Source: an uncultured Candidatus Saccharibacteria bacterium (GTDB lineage: Bacteria > Patescibacteriota > Minisyncoccia > SW-4-49-11). Taken from it: a DNA stretch of 64,000 nt. Below are positions 31,515 to 40,973 of this stretch, piece after piece. The notes beneath the pieces were generated by a model. That model did no database searches and was not told the origin of the DNA. It worked only from the letters and a program-made list of their open reading frames with translations. Position numbers and translations under genes: made by a program. Position 1 is the first letter of the stretch. Each line of letters starts with the position of its first letter. The stretch covers positions 20,711 through 84,710 of the forward strand of contig CAZWIJ010000007.1 of NCBI GenBank assembly GCA_964633865.1. The letters run 5' to 3'.

Positions 31515-32519
31515 ATGAGTTATAATAGCTATAACTTTTATTTTTTAGGGATATATACTATGAAAAAAGAATTTAGATTAAAAAATTTTCCAATATCATT
31601 TTTTTCAATCATTTTAGGATTATCTGGTTTTAGTATAGCTTTTCAAAAAGCAGAAGAAATTTTGGGAATGCCTACTAATTTAAGTTATTATTTTTTAATA
31701 TTGACTGTTATAATTTTTGCTATAATTTCATTAATATATTTATTTAAAAACTTTAAATTTCAAGATGAGGTCTCAAAAGAATTTAATCACCCTATCAAAT
31801 TAAATTTTTTCCCTACATTTTCTATAAGTTTTCTCTTACTGAGTGTAGGATTTTTGGCTGAGGATATGATAATTTCAAAATATTTATGGATTTTTGGAAG
31901 TTCAATTCACTTTTTATTCACAATAAAAATTATTTCAATTTGGATTCAACATACAAAATTTGAAATTAATCATATGAACCCTGCTTGGTTTATCCCTGCT
32001 GTTGGTAATATTTTGGTTCCTGTAGCTGGAATTAACCATTTTTCTAGTGAAATATCTTGGTTTTTCTTTAGTATTGGATTTTTCTTTTGGATTGCCTTAT
32101 TTGTTATATTTATGAACCGAATTATATTTCATAAACCTCTACCAGAAAAATTATTACCTACACTTTTTATTCTGATAGCTCCACCAGCGGTTGGCTTTAT
32201 TTCATTGGTTAAATTAACTGGAGAAGTTAATTATTTCTCTAAATTATTATATTATTTTGCTTTATTCTTAACTATTCTTTTATTTTCACAAATAAATTTA
32301 TTTAGAAAAATTAAATTTTATCTTTCTTGGTGGGCTTATTCCTTTCCAATATCAGCAATAACCATAGCTAGTATTTCTATGTTTCATGAAACAGATATTT
32401 TAGTATTCAAATATTTAGCTTGGACATTATTTGGGATATTGAATAGTATTATAATTTTACTCTTAATAAGAACAATTAATTCTATTTTTAAAAAAGAAAT
32501 CTGTGTAGCTGAAGAGTAA
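31515..32519 (+). CDS. TDT-family (TehA/Mae1-like) membrane transporter or anion channel.
   Basis: Ten TM segments and the N-terminal motif FPISFFSIILGLSGFSIAF characteristic of TehA-like proteins. Confidence 0.55.
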   Translation: MSYNSYNFYFLGIYTMKKEFRLKNFPISFFSIILGLSGFSIAFQKAEEILGMPTNLSYYFLILTVIIFAIISLIYLFKNFKFQDEVSKEFNHPIKLNFFPTFSISFLLLSVGFLAEDMIISKYLWIFGSSIHFLFTIKIISIWIQHTKFEINHMNPAWFIPAVGNILVPVAGINHFSSEISWFFFSIGFFFWIALFVIFMNRIIFHKPLPEKLLPTLFILIAPPAVGFISLVKLTGEVNYFSKLLYYFALFLTILLFSQINLFRKIKFYLSWWAYSFPISAITIASISMFHETDILVFKYLAWTLFGILNSIIILLLIRTINSIFKKEICVAEE

Positions 32520-32589
32520 AAAAATATTTAGTAATTTTAATTTTTACTATTTTATATTGACAAAATTCAAAATATAGGATATAAATAAA

Positions 32590-33009
32590 ATGCACATTAT
32601 TTTGTATATATATATGAAAAATAACTCAGATAGAGAGATAGAAAATCTTCAAAATATATGTAAAGAAAAGATTTTATATCTTAAAAAATTACTAAAAGAA
32701 AACTCTTCATTAGAAACGGTTATAACTTTTGAAGAAACATATAATAGTTATTTTAAAAAATATAATAATCTTATATGTGAAGCAAAAAATAGATATCATA
32801 TATCTTTTAAAAATATTATGGAAGATTCTTTTATAAATGAGAAAAATGTAGAGAGTAAACCTTTTTCTCAAGGTATAGATATCTTAAATAATCTAAAAGA
32901 AAATAGTATTAAGTTATACAAGGATCTTTATATAAATTCCTTAAAAGAATTATATTTAACTATTGAAGAGTTTGAAAATAATACTATTTATAAGCAATCT
33001 TTAGGTTAA
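32590..33009 (+). CDS. Hypothetical protein (139 aa).
   Basis: ORF track only. Confidence 0.3.
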   Translation: MHIILYIYMKNNSDREIENLQNICKEKILYLKKLLKENSSLETVITFEETYNSYFKKYNNLICEAKNRYHISFKNIMEDSFINEKNVESKPFSQGIDILNNLKENSIKLYKDLYINSLKELYLTIEEFENNTIYKQSLG

Positions 33010-33106
33010 ATTATATTAGAAATTTAATTATTTTGAGCTTAAATATATAAGCTCTTTTTTTAATTTGTTTTTTAACATAACTTAAAGATAATTTTCTTTT
33101 TCTCTC

Positions 33107-35656
33107 TTAAATAATTTTTTTCAAATCACTAATCCAATTTATAGCTTGAAGAGGAGTAATATTATTAAGATCTAAATTTTTAATTTTTTCTGATAAAATA
33201 CTTAATTTAGGATCAGGAGTATTATTTATAACTTGAGGTTTTTCTAATAGAGAGGGTTGAAATTTAGATTTCTTAGCCTCATAATTGAGCAAAATATTAT
33301 TAGCATTTTGGATAATTTCTTCAGGAAATCCAGCTAATTTGGCAATAGCAATACCAAAACTTTTGTCAATACCACCTTTTTCAATTTTTCTCAAAAATAA
33401 TATTTCATTTTTATTTTCCTCTACTAAAACCTTATAATTAACAATTCCTTGGCATAAATTTTCTAGCTCTAATAATTCATGATAATGAGTTGCAAAGATT
33501 GTTTTTGCTCCAATTTTATTATGAATATATTCAGAAATTGCTTTTGCAATACTCATACCGTCAAAAGTAGATGTTCCTCTACCAACTTCATCTAAAATAA
33601 TCAAACTTCTGTCTGTGGCAAAATTCAAAATTTGAGCTACCTCAATCATCTCTACCATAAAAGTACTTTGTCCTTCACTCAAATTATCTGAAGCTCCTAT
33701 ACGAGTAAAAATTCTGTCAACAATACCAATCTTAGCTTCACTTGCAGGAACAAAACAACCTATTTGAGCCATTAAGACAATAAGAGCAACTTGACGGCTA
33801 TAAGTAGATTTTCCAGCCATATTAGGGCCAGTAATTAGCATAAATGAATGATCTGTATCATTAAGTAAAGTGTCATTACTAATATAATCTCCATCCAAAA
33901 TTTTTTCTATCACCGGGTGTTTTCCATTTTTTATATTTATAATTTTATCATCTATAATAATAGGTTTTACATAATTATTTTCTATACTTAGTTTCGCAAA
34001 TCCTTGGATTATATCTAAATAAGCAATGTACTTTGCTATTTTTTGCAAAGAAGGTATAAATTCTAAAGTATAACTTGTTAATTCTTGAAAAACATCTAAT
34101 TCTACCTGAAGCAACTTTTCTTCTGAGACTAAGATTTTTTCTTCAAAAGCTTTAATTTCTTCAGTGATAAATCGTTCACCATTTGCTAGAGTTTGCTTCT
34201 TGATATAATGATTTGGAACTTTTTCTAGATTTGATTTACTGATTTCAATATAATACCCAAAGACTTTATTAAATCCTATTTTTAGATTGTTAATTCCAGT
34301 TTCTAATTTTTCCTTTTCTTGAGTTTTTATTAACCAATCTTTTCCACCTCTTGATAATTCTATCAACTCATCAATATCTGATCTAAAACCTTTTTTTATA
34401 AACCCACCTTCTCTTGCTAAAAGTGGTAAATTATCTTGAAGTGCAGATTCTAATTTTTCTTTTAAATCTAGAGTTTTTTCTTTAAAACTGATAAAGGAGG
34501 ATTTATATTTATCAGGTATTATATCTATAAAGTTAGATGAATGCTGGAGAAAATCTCTTATTATTCCAAGATCTCTAGGACCAGAATTGAGTGAAGAAAT
34601 TTTGGCTATAATTCTTTCCAAATCAGGAGTTTTTTTTAGTTCATTTTGAAACAAAGATAGTTTATCTGCATTATTTTGGAACCAAATTATATCTGTTTGT
34701 CTCTTCTCAATCTTAGATTTATCTAGTAGGGGAGATAAAATCCATTTTTGTAATAATCTTTCCCCCATTTGATTTAGAGTATGATTTAGAATATCATAAA
34801 GAGATTTGTTTTTTGGTCCTGACTTACTAGGATAAATCAATTCTAAATTATTAATCGTATTTAAGTCTAACTTCATCATATCAGACTTAAGGAAACTTAA
34901 TGGTTTTTGGATATGTGATAAGTCGGTATGTTGGGTGTATTTAAAATAATTAAATAATGCTCCCAAAACCATTATTTTAGGATCTTCTCTTTTTATTCCA
35001 AAAACATCTAAGGTTTTAATCTTATAATACTCACATAATAATTCCCAAGATTTATCTAAATCAAAAGACCATTTGGACTCAAAAGATAATTTTATATTTA
35101 TATTTTTTAATTGTGGAATAATGTTTTTAAAATTTTTTTCATAAACAATAATTTCTTTAATTTTATAAATTGAAATTAGATCTATAAAATCATTAATATT
35201 GACTTTATCAACAAATAACTCACCTGTAGAAATATCTCCAATTGCAAAATAGACATAACTTTTTACTAAAAAAGCAGATATAATAAAATTATTAGATTTT
35301 TCTTGTAGAAATGCATCAATCATCACTGTTCCTGGTGTTATAACTTTGACAATCTCTCTTTTTACGATTCCTTTTGAAGCATTAGCTTTTTCTACTTGAT
35401 CACAGATTGCAACAGAATATCCCAATTTTATAAGTTTTGAAATATAATTCTCAGCAGAATGAAAAGGAACTCCACACATTGGAATTTCTCCATCAATTTT
35501 ATTTCTTCTTTTGGTCAAGGTAATATGTAATAAATTTGAAACTAAAATAGCATCTTGATCAAACATTTCATAAAAATCACCTAATCTAAAAAATACAATT
35601 TTATCAGGATACTCTTTTTTTATCTCCCAGTATTGAGACATCATTGGTGAGGACAT
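33107..35656 (-). CDS. mutS: DNA mismatch repair protein MutS.
   Basis: Walker A GPNMAGKSTY, DEVGRGTSTFDG, and N-terminal mismatch-binding region ...FFRLGDFYEMF. Confidence 0.95.
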   Translation of the reverse strand: MSSPMMSQYWEIKKEYPDKIVFFRLGDFYEMFDQDAILVSNLLHITLTKRRNKIDGEIPMCGVPFHSAENYISKLIKLGYSVAICDQVEKANASKGIVKREIVKVITPGTVMIDAFLQEKSNNFIISAFLVKSYVYFAIGDISTGELFVDKVNINDFIDLISIYKIKEIIVYEKNFKNIIPQLKNINIKLSFESKWSFDLDKSWELLCEYYKIKTLDVFGIKREDPKIMVLGALFNYFKYTQHTDLSHIQKPLSFLKSDMMKLDLNTINNLELIYPSKSGPKNKSLYDILNHTLNQMGERLLQKWILSPLLDKSKIEKRQTDIIWFQNNADKLSLFQNELKKTPDLERIIAKISSLNSGPRDLGIIRDFLQHSSNFIDIIPDKYKSSFISFKEKTLDLKEKLESALQDNLPLLAREGGFIKKGFRSDIDELIELSRGGKDWLIKTQEKEKLETGINNLKIGFNKVFGYYIEISKSNLEKVPNHYIKKQTLANGERFITEEIKAFEEKILVSEEKLLQVELDVFQELTSYTLEFIPSLQKIAKYIAYLDIIQGFAKLSIENNYVKPIIIDDKIINIKNGKHPVIEKILDGDYISNDTLLNDTDHSFMLITGPNMAGKSTYSRQVALIVLMAQIGCFVPASEAKIGIVDRIFTRIGASDNLSEGQSTFMVEMIEVAQILNFATDRSLIILDEVGRGTSTFDGMSIAKAISEYIHNKIGAKTIFATHYHELLELENLCQGIVNYKVLVEENKNEILFLRKIEKGGIDKSFGIAIAKLAGFPEEIIQNANNILLNYEAKKSKFQPSLLEKPQVINNTPDPKLSILSEKIKNLDLNNITPLQAINWISDLKKII

Positions 35657-35786
35657 AAGGTGTAATTAAGTCTATATATTAAATTTAGTTTAACATAAAA
35701 TTCAGAATATTTGAAACATGCATAAAAAAGAAATTTATTAACATTTATTTATTGACAAATTTATAATATCAAAGTATAATATATTT

Positions 35787-35938
35787 ATAATTATGTTACA
35801 TTCTATGATAAGTTGTTTGTAGTAACATAATTCTGTATAATACAATTTAATCCTTGTAAAATTACATGTAATTCAAACCTTGTAAACTGTAGTTTATTGA
35901 GTTTGATAAAAACAGAGCAAATGCTCTGTTTTTATTTT
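35787..35938 (+). ncRNA. Candidate ~150-nt sRNA with consensus promoter and terminator.
   Basis: TTGACA (35753..35758), 16-nt spacer, TATAAT (35775..35780). Two internal hairpins (TTATGTTAC/GTAACATAA and AATTACATGTAATT). Terminator AACAGAGCAAATGCTCTGTT plus T-run at 35912..35938. No ORF longer than 10 aa. Confidence 0.3.
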
Positions 35939-36039
35939 AAATATATAACTTTGGTTTGATGATATAATAGAATTAAATGGAAATTAATATTCAGTAAAAA
36001 TTTAATAGATATGAGCTTTTGATTAATTGATTAAAAAGT

Positions 36040-36180
36040 AAAAACCCCGAACACTATAAGTGGCGGGGCTTTAGTCAAACCATTTTTTGGTTTAATAACA
36101 GGTTTGACGAGGGGTTTGAGATTGGGCTTTACGATGCGACAGGTCGCCTTTGATAGGCTTCCTGTTTTTTTTAAAATTGG
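36040..36180. ncRNA. GC-rich structured element (candidate ncRNA) bounded by intrinsic terminators on both strands.
   Basis: Minus-strand terminator CCCCG-N14-CGGGG plus T5 at about 36040..36075. Plus-strand terminator ACAGG-N17-CCTGT plus T8 at about 36146..36178. Internal 8-bp stem GTCAAACC/GGTTTGAC. Local GC is far above the ~28% background. Confidence 0.3.
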
Positions 36181-36393
36181 TTTTTGCATACTATTAATTT
36201 ATTCTTGGGATAACATTTTTCACCAAGAACAGTTTAGATATAAAATTAGATTATATACAAACGGTCTCTGACGAAATAAATTTTATTTTTGTTTGGATTT
36301 GGATATATTAATTTATATATTTAATCCTTGTAGTGAATGATTTTGATTTACACTCTCCTCACTCACGATAATAGTATATCATAATATAGAATA

Positions 36394-36509
36394 TTTGTCA
36401 AGAGTAATTTACATAAAAACATAAAAAAGTTAATAAAAATACTTAATTTACTATATATAAGCTAATAAATTACAACAAAAACAGTCAGTTTGAAGTGATT
36501 TTTGTGAGT
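36394..36509. repeat. Direct repeat copy A (~116 bp, ~90% identical to 37325..37440) carrying a minus-strand promoter.
   Basis: Aligned by eye: TTTGTCAAGAGTAATTTACATAAAAA...GCTAATAAATTACAA.AAAAACAGTCAGTTT...GTGATTTTTGTGAGT. The minus-strand TTGACA lies at 36397..36402 with TATACT 18 nt downstream. Confidence 0.7.
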
Positions 36510-36586
36510 AAATTTATAAAAAATAAATAACAGGGTATACTAAAAAAGAAAAAGAGACTAAATTTAATTAGTCTCTTAAAATTTAA

Positions 36587-37231
36587 TTAGCCAACATAAT
36601 TTTGAAAAGATTCTTTCACGGTAGTCATATCGGCTCCGATGAAATTCAATCTTCCTAGACAATCGCTTGGATCAGTAAAAGATCCTCCTTGTTCGAGAAT
36701 ATCAACTCGGACACCGCTTGCCCCTTGGACAAAACGAATGTCTTGTTTGTTATCATTGAAGATAACATGATCGTATTTGCCAAAGCCTTTTACTTGAATT
36801 ACAAGTAGATCCGATAGCTTAGCATTTTCTCCAAGATACCAAGGGGTTATATCCATATTATTCACATGGATTGTGTTCCCGATTGTGGAACAATCAATAG
36901 ACACACTAGTAGTGCCCTTGTGGGCAAATAAGGTATCTATTTTTATAGAATCATTATTTCCTAAAACTACATTTACTAAATCTTTAGTTTTAAAACTAGG
37001 TTTACCTGTCCCGAAGTGGAAATCCGACATGGATTTTCCTCCTAGGGTAATGTAGTCCTGGACATTAACACCAGGGATAGTATCCCGAGTATCAATAGTG
37101 ATTTTATCCTGATGGTTCAGGTTTGTTCCAGGGATGATAATGTCATCCATCATTTTTATACCAATCTCATTAAAGTATTGGTGAACAGGTTTAATTGCTA
37201 CAACAGAATTGCCAATGTTTGAAATTTTCAT
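36587..37231 (-). CDS. Hypothetical 214-aa protein with atypically high GC and codon usage for this genome, flanked by ~116-bp direct repeats.
   Basis: ORF track. GC is visibly higher than the surrounding sequence, with CGG, GCC and CCC codons. Consensus promoter in repeat B: TTGACA (37327..37332), 17-nt spacer, TATAAT (37304..37309). Terminator AGAGACTAATTAAATTTAGTCTCT plus T-run at 36550..36586. Confidence 0.5.
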   Translation of the reverse strand: MKISNIGNSVVAIKPVHQYFNEIGIKMMDDIIIPGTNLNHQDKITIDTRDTIPGVNVQDYITLGGKSMSDFHFGTGKPSFKTKDLVNVVLGNNDSIKIDTLFAHKGTTSVSIDCSTIGNTIHVNNMDITPWYLGENAKLSDLLVIQVKGFGKYDHVIFNDNKQDIRFVQGASGVRVDILEQGGSFTDPSDCLGRLNFIGADMTTVKESFQNYVG

Positions 37232-37324
37232 AATAGATTCAATTTTTTTTAAAGAACATTTGTGAAATAAGATTTTTATTTAGAAATCATATTTACAATG
37301 GATATTATACACCATAACTCTAAT

Positions 37325-37440
37325 TTTGTCAAGAATAATTTACATAAAAATGTAAAAAAACTAATAAAAATATTTAATTTGTTATATATAAGCTAATAAA
37401 TTACAATAAAAACAGTCAGTTTAGGGTGATTTTTGTGAGT
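37325..37440. repeat. Direct repeat copy B (partner of 36394..36509) containing the promoter of 36587..37231.
   Basis: See copy A. The perfect TTGACA-17-TATAAT reads leftwards into the 214-aa gene. Confidence 0.7.
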
Positions 37441-37530
37441 GAATTATCTATGTGAATTAAAATTATAGTACTTAAAATACAAAAATTTGATTTTATCTTG
37501 TATTTCTGATATAATTCATATTAATTAAAA

Positions 37531-38013
37531 ATGCAATATTTTATGAGTATTCTTGAAATAGTCTTAATTAGTATATCTGTTATATCAATAGGTTTTGCTA
37601 CTTATTCTTTTTTACAAATTAGAGCTTTCACTCAAAAATTTAATCATATTTTTAAAACAGAAACTGGTATTATAGAAAATGCTGATCAATTGATTGATGC
37701 ATATTCTGAAAGATTTGAGTCATTAGGTTCTGATATAAAACAAATATTTGCTAAATTAGATAAACATGATATAATTATTGACAAAACTATTAAGAAAGTT
37801 GGTCTAAAAAGATTTAACCCTTTCAATGATATGGGAGGAGATACTAGTTTTATATTTGTAATGTTAGATTCCCTGGATAATGGTATTTTGGTGACAAATA
37901 TTACTATGAGAGATGGAAATAGAATTTATGCAAAAAAAATAGAAAAAGGAACTTCTGTCCTCGCCTTAAGCGAATACGAGCAAAGTGCTCTAAATGAAAT
38001 CATATCCAATTAA
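37531..38013 (+). CDS. Membrane-anchored hypothetical protein (160 aa).
   Basis: N-terminal TM helix. Located immediately upstream of infB. Confidence 0.4.
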   Translation: MQYFMSILEIVLISISVISIGFATYSFLQIRAFTQKFNHIFKTETGIIENADQLIDAYSERFESLGSDIKQIFAKLDKHDIIIDKTIKKVGLKRFNPFNDMGGDTSFIFVMLDSLDNGILVTNITMRDGNRIYAKKIEKGTSVLALSEYEQSALNEIISN

Positions 38014-38039
38014 GTTTATTAATTTATTTATAGAAAATT

Positions 38040-39548
38040 ATGGTAAAATCAGATATTAGAGAAAGATCCCCAATAGTTACAATTATGGGACATATAGATC
38101 ACGGTAAAACAACTTTACTTGATTATATTAGATCTTCTTCAATTACTAAAAGAGAAGCAGGTGGAATCACTCAACATTTAGGTTCTTATCAAATTTTGTA
38201 TAAAAAAAGTCCGATTACTTTCATAGATACTCCTGGTCATGAAGCTTTTAAATCTATTAGGAGTAGAGGAGTTAAGACGGCAGATGTAATTTTGATTATT
38301 GTTGCTGGAGATGAGGGTGTTAAACCTCAAACTGTAGAAGCAATTGAACTTGCTAAATCTACTAAATTACCTATAATTGTTGTTATTACCAAAATTGACA
38401 AACCTAATTTGAATATAGAAAAAATCAAAACAGATTTATCAGAATATGGATTATTATCTGAAGAATGGGGAGGAGACATAATTTTTACTGAAGTTTCTTC
38501 TACTACAGGAAAAGGAATCGATAATTTATTAGAAATGATTCTTTTGGTTACTGAAATAGCAGAAATTAAAGCTAATTATTCTCAAGAGTATGCGGATGGA
38601 TTTATTTTAGAATCATTTTTGGACTCTAAGGTTGGACCTCTTAGTGATATTGTGGTTTTGAATGGTACTTTGAGAATAGGAGATATTCTTATGGCGGGAG
38701 ATACAACTTATGGAAAAATAAAAAGAATTCAGAATGATAAAAATGAATTGGTAAAAGAAGCTTTGCCAGGTCAACCAGTTCGAGTTCTTGGAATAAAAGG
38801 AGTTACTAATGCAGGAGATAATTTTAAAGTTGTTGAGTCAGAAAATGCGGCCATTGAAATTATTGAAAAATCAAAAGCAGTTTTGGAGAATAATCCTGTT
38901 ATTCAATCTTTACTTGAAAAAGAAAAAGAGCTGAATTTAATATTGAAAGCTGATTCTATGGGATCTCTTGATGCTATTGAATATGCACTAAATCAAATTG
39001 TACAGATTGATATGAAAATCAATATTTTGGGTAAAGGAATAGGAGATGTCAATGCAAGTGATCTAAAACAAGCTAGAACACAAAAAGCTTTTATACTTGC
39101 ATTTGGTTTAAAACAAGACAAAAAGATCAAGGCTATTGCTGAGGAAAAAGATGTTTTGATTAAACATTATAGATTGATTTATGAACTAATTGATGAGATT
39201 AGAGATATTTTATCAAAGACAGCTGAACCAAAAATATCTAGAAATGAAATAGGTGAATTAAGAGTTTTAAAGGTATTTAAAGATGATAAGAAAAATGTTA
39301 TTTTAGGGGGTAAAGTTGTGAAAGATAAAATCTTAAGAAATGCTTTGGTTGAGATGAGGGATTCTGAAGGAAAAGTTTTTTTACAAGGAAAAATTGTAGA
39401 GTTGCAACAAGACAAACAAGCTACTCAAGAAGTTTTGGATGGTAGAGAATGTGGTATGATGATTCAGACTTCACTCAAAAAGAGAGTACCAAATCCAGAA
39501 GAAATATTATATGTTTATGAGCATATAAAAAAACAATCTAATCTTTAG
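38040..39548 (+). CDS. infB: Translation initiation factor IF-2 (short form lacking an N-terminal extension).
   Basis: G-domain motifs GHIDHGKTTLLD, DTPGHEAF and TKID, with the C-terminal beta-barrel domains. Confidence 0.9.
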   Translation: MVKSDIRERSPIVTIMGHIDHGKTTLLDYIRSSSITKREAGGITQHLGSYQILYKKSPITFIDTPGHEAFKSIRSRGVKTADVILIIVAGDEGVKPQTVEAIELAKSTKLPIIVVITKIDKPNLNIEKIKTDLSEYGLLSEEWGGDIIFTEVSSTTGKGIDNLLEMILLVTEIAEIKANYSQEYADGFILESFLDSKVGPLSDIVVLNGTLRIGDILMAGDTTYGKIKRIQNDKNELVKEALPGQPVRVLGIKGVTNAGDNFKVVESENAAIEIIEKSKAVLENNPVIQSLLEKEKELNLILKADSMGSLDAIEYALNQIVQIDMKINILGKGIGDVNASDLKQARTQKAFILAFGLKQDKKIKAIAEEKDVLIKHYRLIYELIDEIRDILSKTAEPKISRNEIGELRVLKVFKDDKKNVILGGKVVKDKILRNALVEMRDSEGKVFLQGKIVELQQDKQATQEVLDGRECGMMIQTSLKKRVPNPEEILYVYEHIKKQSNL

Positions 39549-39555
39549 TAATAAT

Positions 39556-39912
39556 ATGAGTAGAAATCAAATTAGATATCAAGAAATGCTGAAGGAAGAA
39601 CTAAGTAAAATTATACTGAGAGAACTTGAGTATGATCCAGGTATTTTGGTTACTATTAGTAGAATTTCTGTTACTCCTAAATTTGATTTTGCTAATGTTT
39701 TTGTGACAATTTTTCCAAATAAAAAACAAGGTACTATATTAGAAAAATTGAATAAAGCTCATAAAGATTATGAATATTTTTTGAGCGATATTCTAAAAAG
39801 AGGAAGATCCCCAAGATTAAAATTTGAAATAGACTCTTCATTATTAGAAGGTTATGATCTAAATAATCTTTTAGATGAAGTTTTAGAAGAAGATAATGCA
39901 AAACCAGAATAA
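39556..39912 (+). CDS. rbfA: Ribosome-binding factor A.
   Basis: Size (~118 aa), position immediately after infB, KH-like pattern. Confidence 0.8.
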   Translation: MSRNQIRYQEMLKEELSKIILRELEYDPGILVTISRISVTPKFDFANVFVTIFPNKKQGTILEKLNKAHKDYEYFLSDILKRGRSPRLKFEIDSSLLEGYDLNNLLDEVLEEDNAKPE

Positions 39913-40846
39913 AAATCATTTAAGTGAAATTATAGATTTTATTAATAAATCTGAGTCTATAGCTTTATTATCACATATCGGACCTGACGGAGATGGTATA
40001 GGCTCCATTTTGGCACTAAAATTTGCCTTACAATCATTGGGTAAAAATGTCTTTGCAGTTGCTTCGGGGGGAATCCCTACAAATTATTATTTTTTGAATG
40101 GAGCAAAGTCATTCCAACAAAAAATAAATCTAGATAAAATAGATTGTATTATTAGTCTTGATGTTAGTAATGAAGAAAGATTAGATTTATATCAAGAAAA
40201 ATACAAAAACAAAATGATTTGTATAGACCATCATCCTCATAATACTAGATTTGCTCATTATAATTATATTGATCTTAAAGTTTCATCAACGGCAGAGATG
40301 GTAGGAGATCTTATTTTAGAGCTAAAAATAAAATTTACCAAAAAAATAGGGGAAGCCTTATTGACAGGTATTCTTTTTGATACAGGAAACTTGACTCATA
40401 ATTTTTATCCAAATACATTAAAAATAATAGGTAAATGTGTAGAAACTGGTGCCAAAATAAATTTTATTAAACAAAAATTACATAGTATAAAAGATATTCA
40501 AGTTTTTAATTTATGGGGAGATGTTTTATCTAAATTAGTTGTTCTTGATAAAAATAAAATGGTTTATTCTGTGATTGATAAAAATGATTTGAGTAAGATT
40601 AAAGTTCCTTACCAGGATTTGAATTTGGATCAATTATCTAATTTACTTAGTTGTATTGATGAAGGTAATAGCTCATTACTCTTGACCGAGATTAAAGAAA
40701 AACAATATAAAGCTAGCCTAAGGAGTGAGAATTTTAAAGATGTTGATGTATCTGTAATCGCTAAAAAATTTGGAGGAGGAGGTCATATTAGAGCTTCTGG
40801 ATTCAAGTATAAGGGAGAAATAGATGAATTATTAGATGAGATATGA
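39896..40846 (+). CDS. nrnA: DHH-family phosphoesterase (NrnA-like oligoribonuclease/pAp phosphatase).
   Basis: DHH motif DHHPHN, the DHHA1-like C-terminal GGGH motif (GGGGHIRASG), and conserved infB-rbfA-nrnA synteny. Confidence 0.75.
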   Translation: MQNQNKNHLSEIIDFINKSESIALLSHIGPDGDGIGSILALKFALQSLGKNVFAVASGGIPTNYYFLNGAKSFQQKINLDKIDCIISLDVSNEERLDLYQEKYKNKMICIDHHPHNTRFAHYNYIDLKVSSTAEMVGDLILELKIKFTKKIGEALLTGILFDTGNLTHNFYPNTLKIIGKCVETGAKINFIKQKLHSIKDIQVFNLWGDVLSKLVVLDKNKMVYSVIDKNDLSKIKVPYQDLNLDQLSNLLSCIDEGNSSLLLTEIKEKQYKASLRSENFKDVDVSVIAKKFGGGGHIRASGFKYKGEIDELLDEI

Positions 40847-40973
40847 AAAGTGAAAGATAATTTTGGAATTTATCTTTGATAAAATAAAATTTAGATAAAA
40901 AACTCTTGTTTTCTTGTGAAAAAAAACATAAAATGATATACTAACTAAGTATATTAGATAATAAATTTATAAT

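Noticed and set aside
36040-36200. Known structured RNAs (tmRNA, RNase P RNA, SRP/4.5S, 6S) as an identity for the GC-rich element.
   Set aside because: No tRNA-like T-arm or tag-peptide ORF for tmRNA, no P4 consensus GGAAAGUCCGGGCUCC, and no SRP domain-IV GGAA/AGCAG arrangement. The size and promoter-terminator geometry also do not fit 6S. Left as an unclassified candidate.
36040-36200. Fifty-two-codon basic ORF on the minus strand (MQKPILKKTGSLSKATCRIVKPNLKPLVKPVIKPKNGLTKAPPLIVFGVFTF) as a ribosomal-protein-like gene.
   Set aside because: The ORF runs straight through an intrinsic terminator hairpin and T-run before reaching its stop, it does not match L32-L36 or S21-type sequences, and the region is dominated by strong stems. 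An RNA element is more parsimonious.
36394-37440. CRISPR array, considered because of the two ~116-bp direct repeats.
   Set aside because: There are only two copies, they are 116 bp long and about 930 bp apart, they contain promoter elements, and there are no short regularly spaced repeats or cas genes anywhere in the window.
38040-39548. infB truncated or pseudogenised, since it is only 502 aa.
   Set aside because: The G domain starts at residue ~10 and all downstream domains are intact. Short IF-2 forms lacking the N-terminal extension are normal in reduced genomes.
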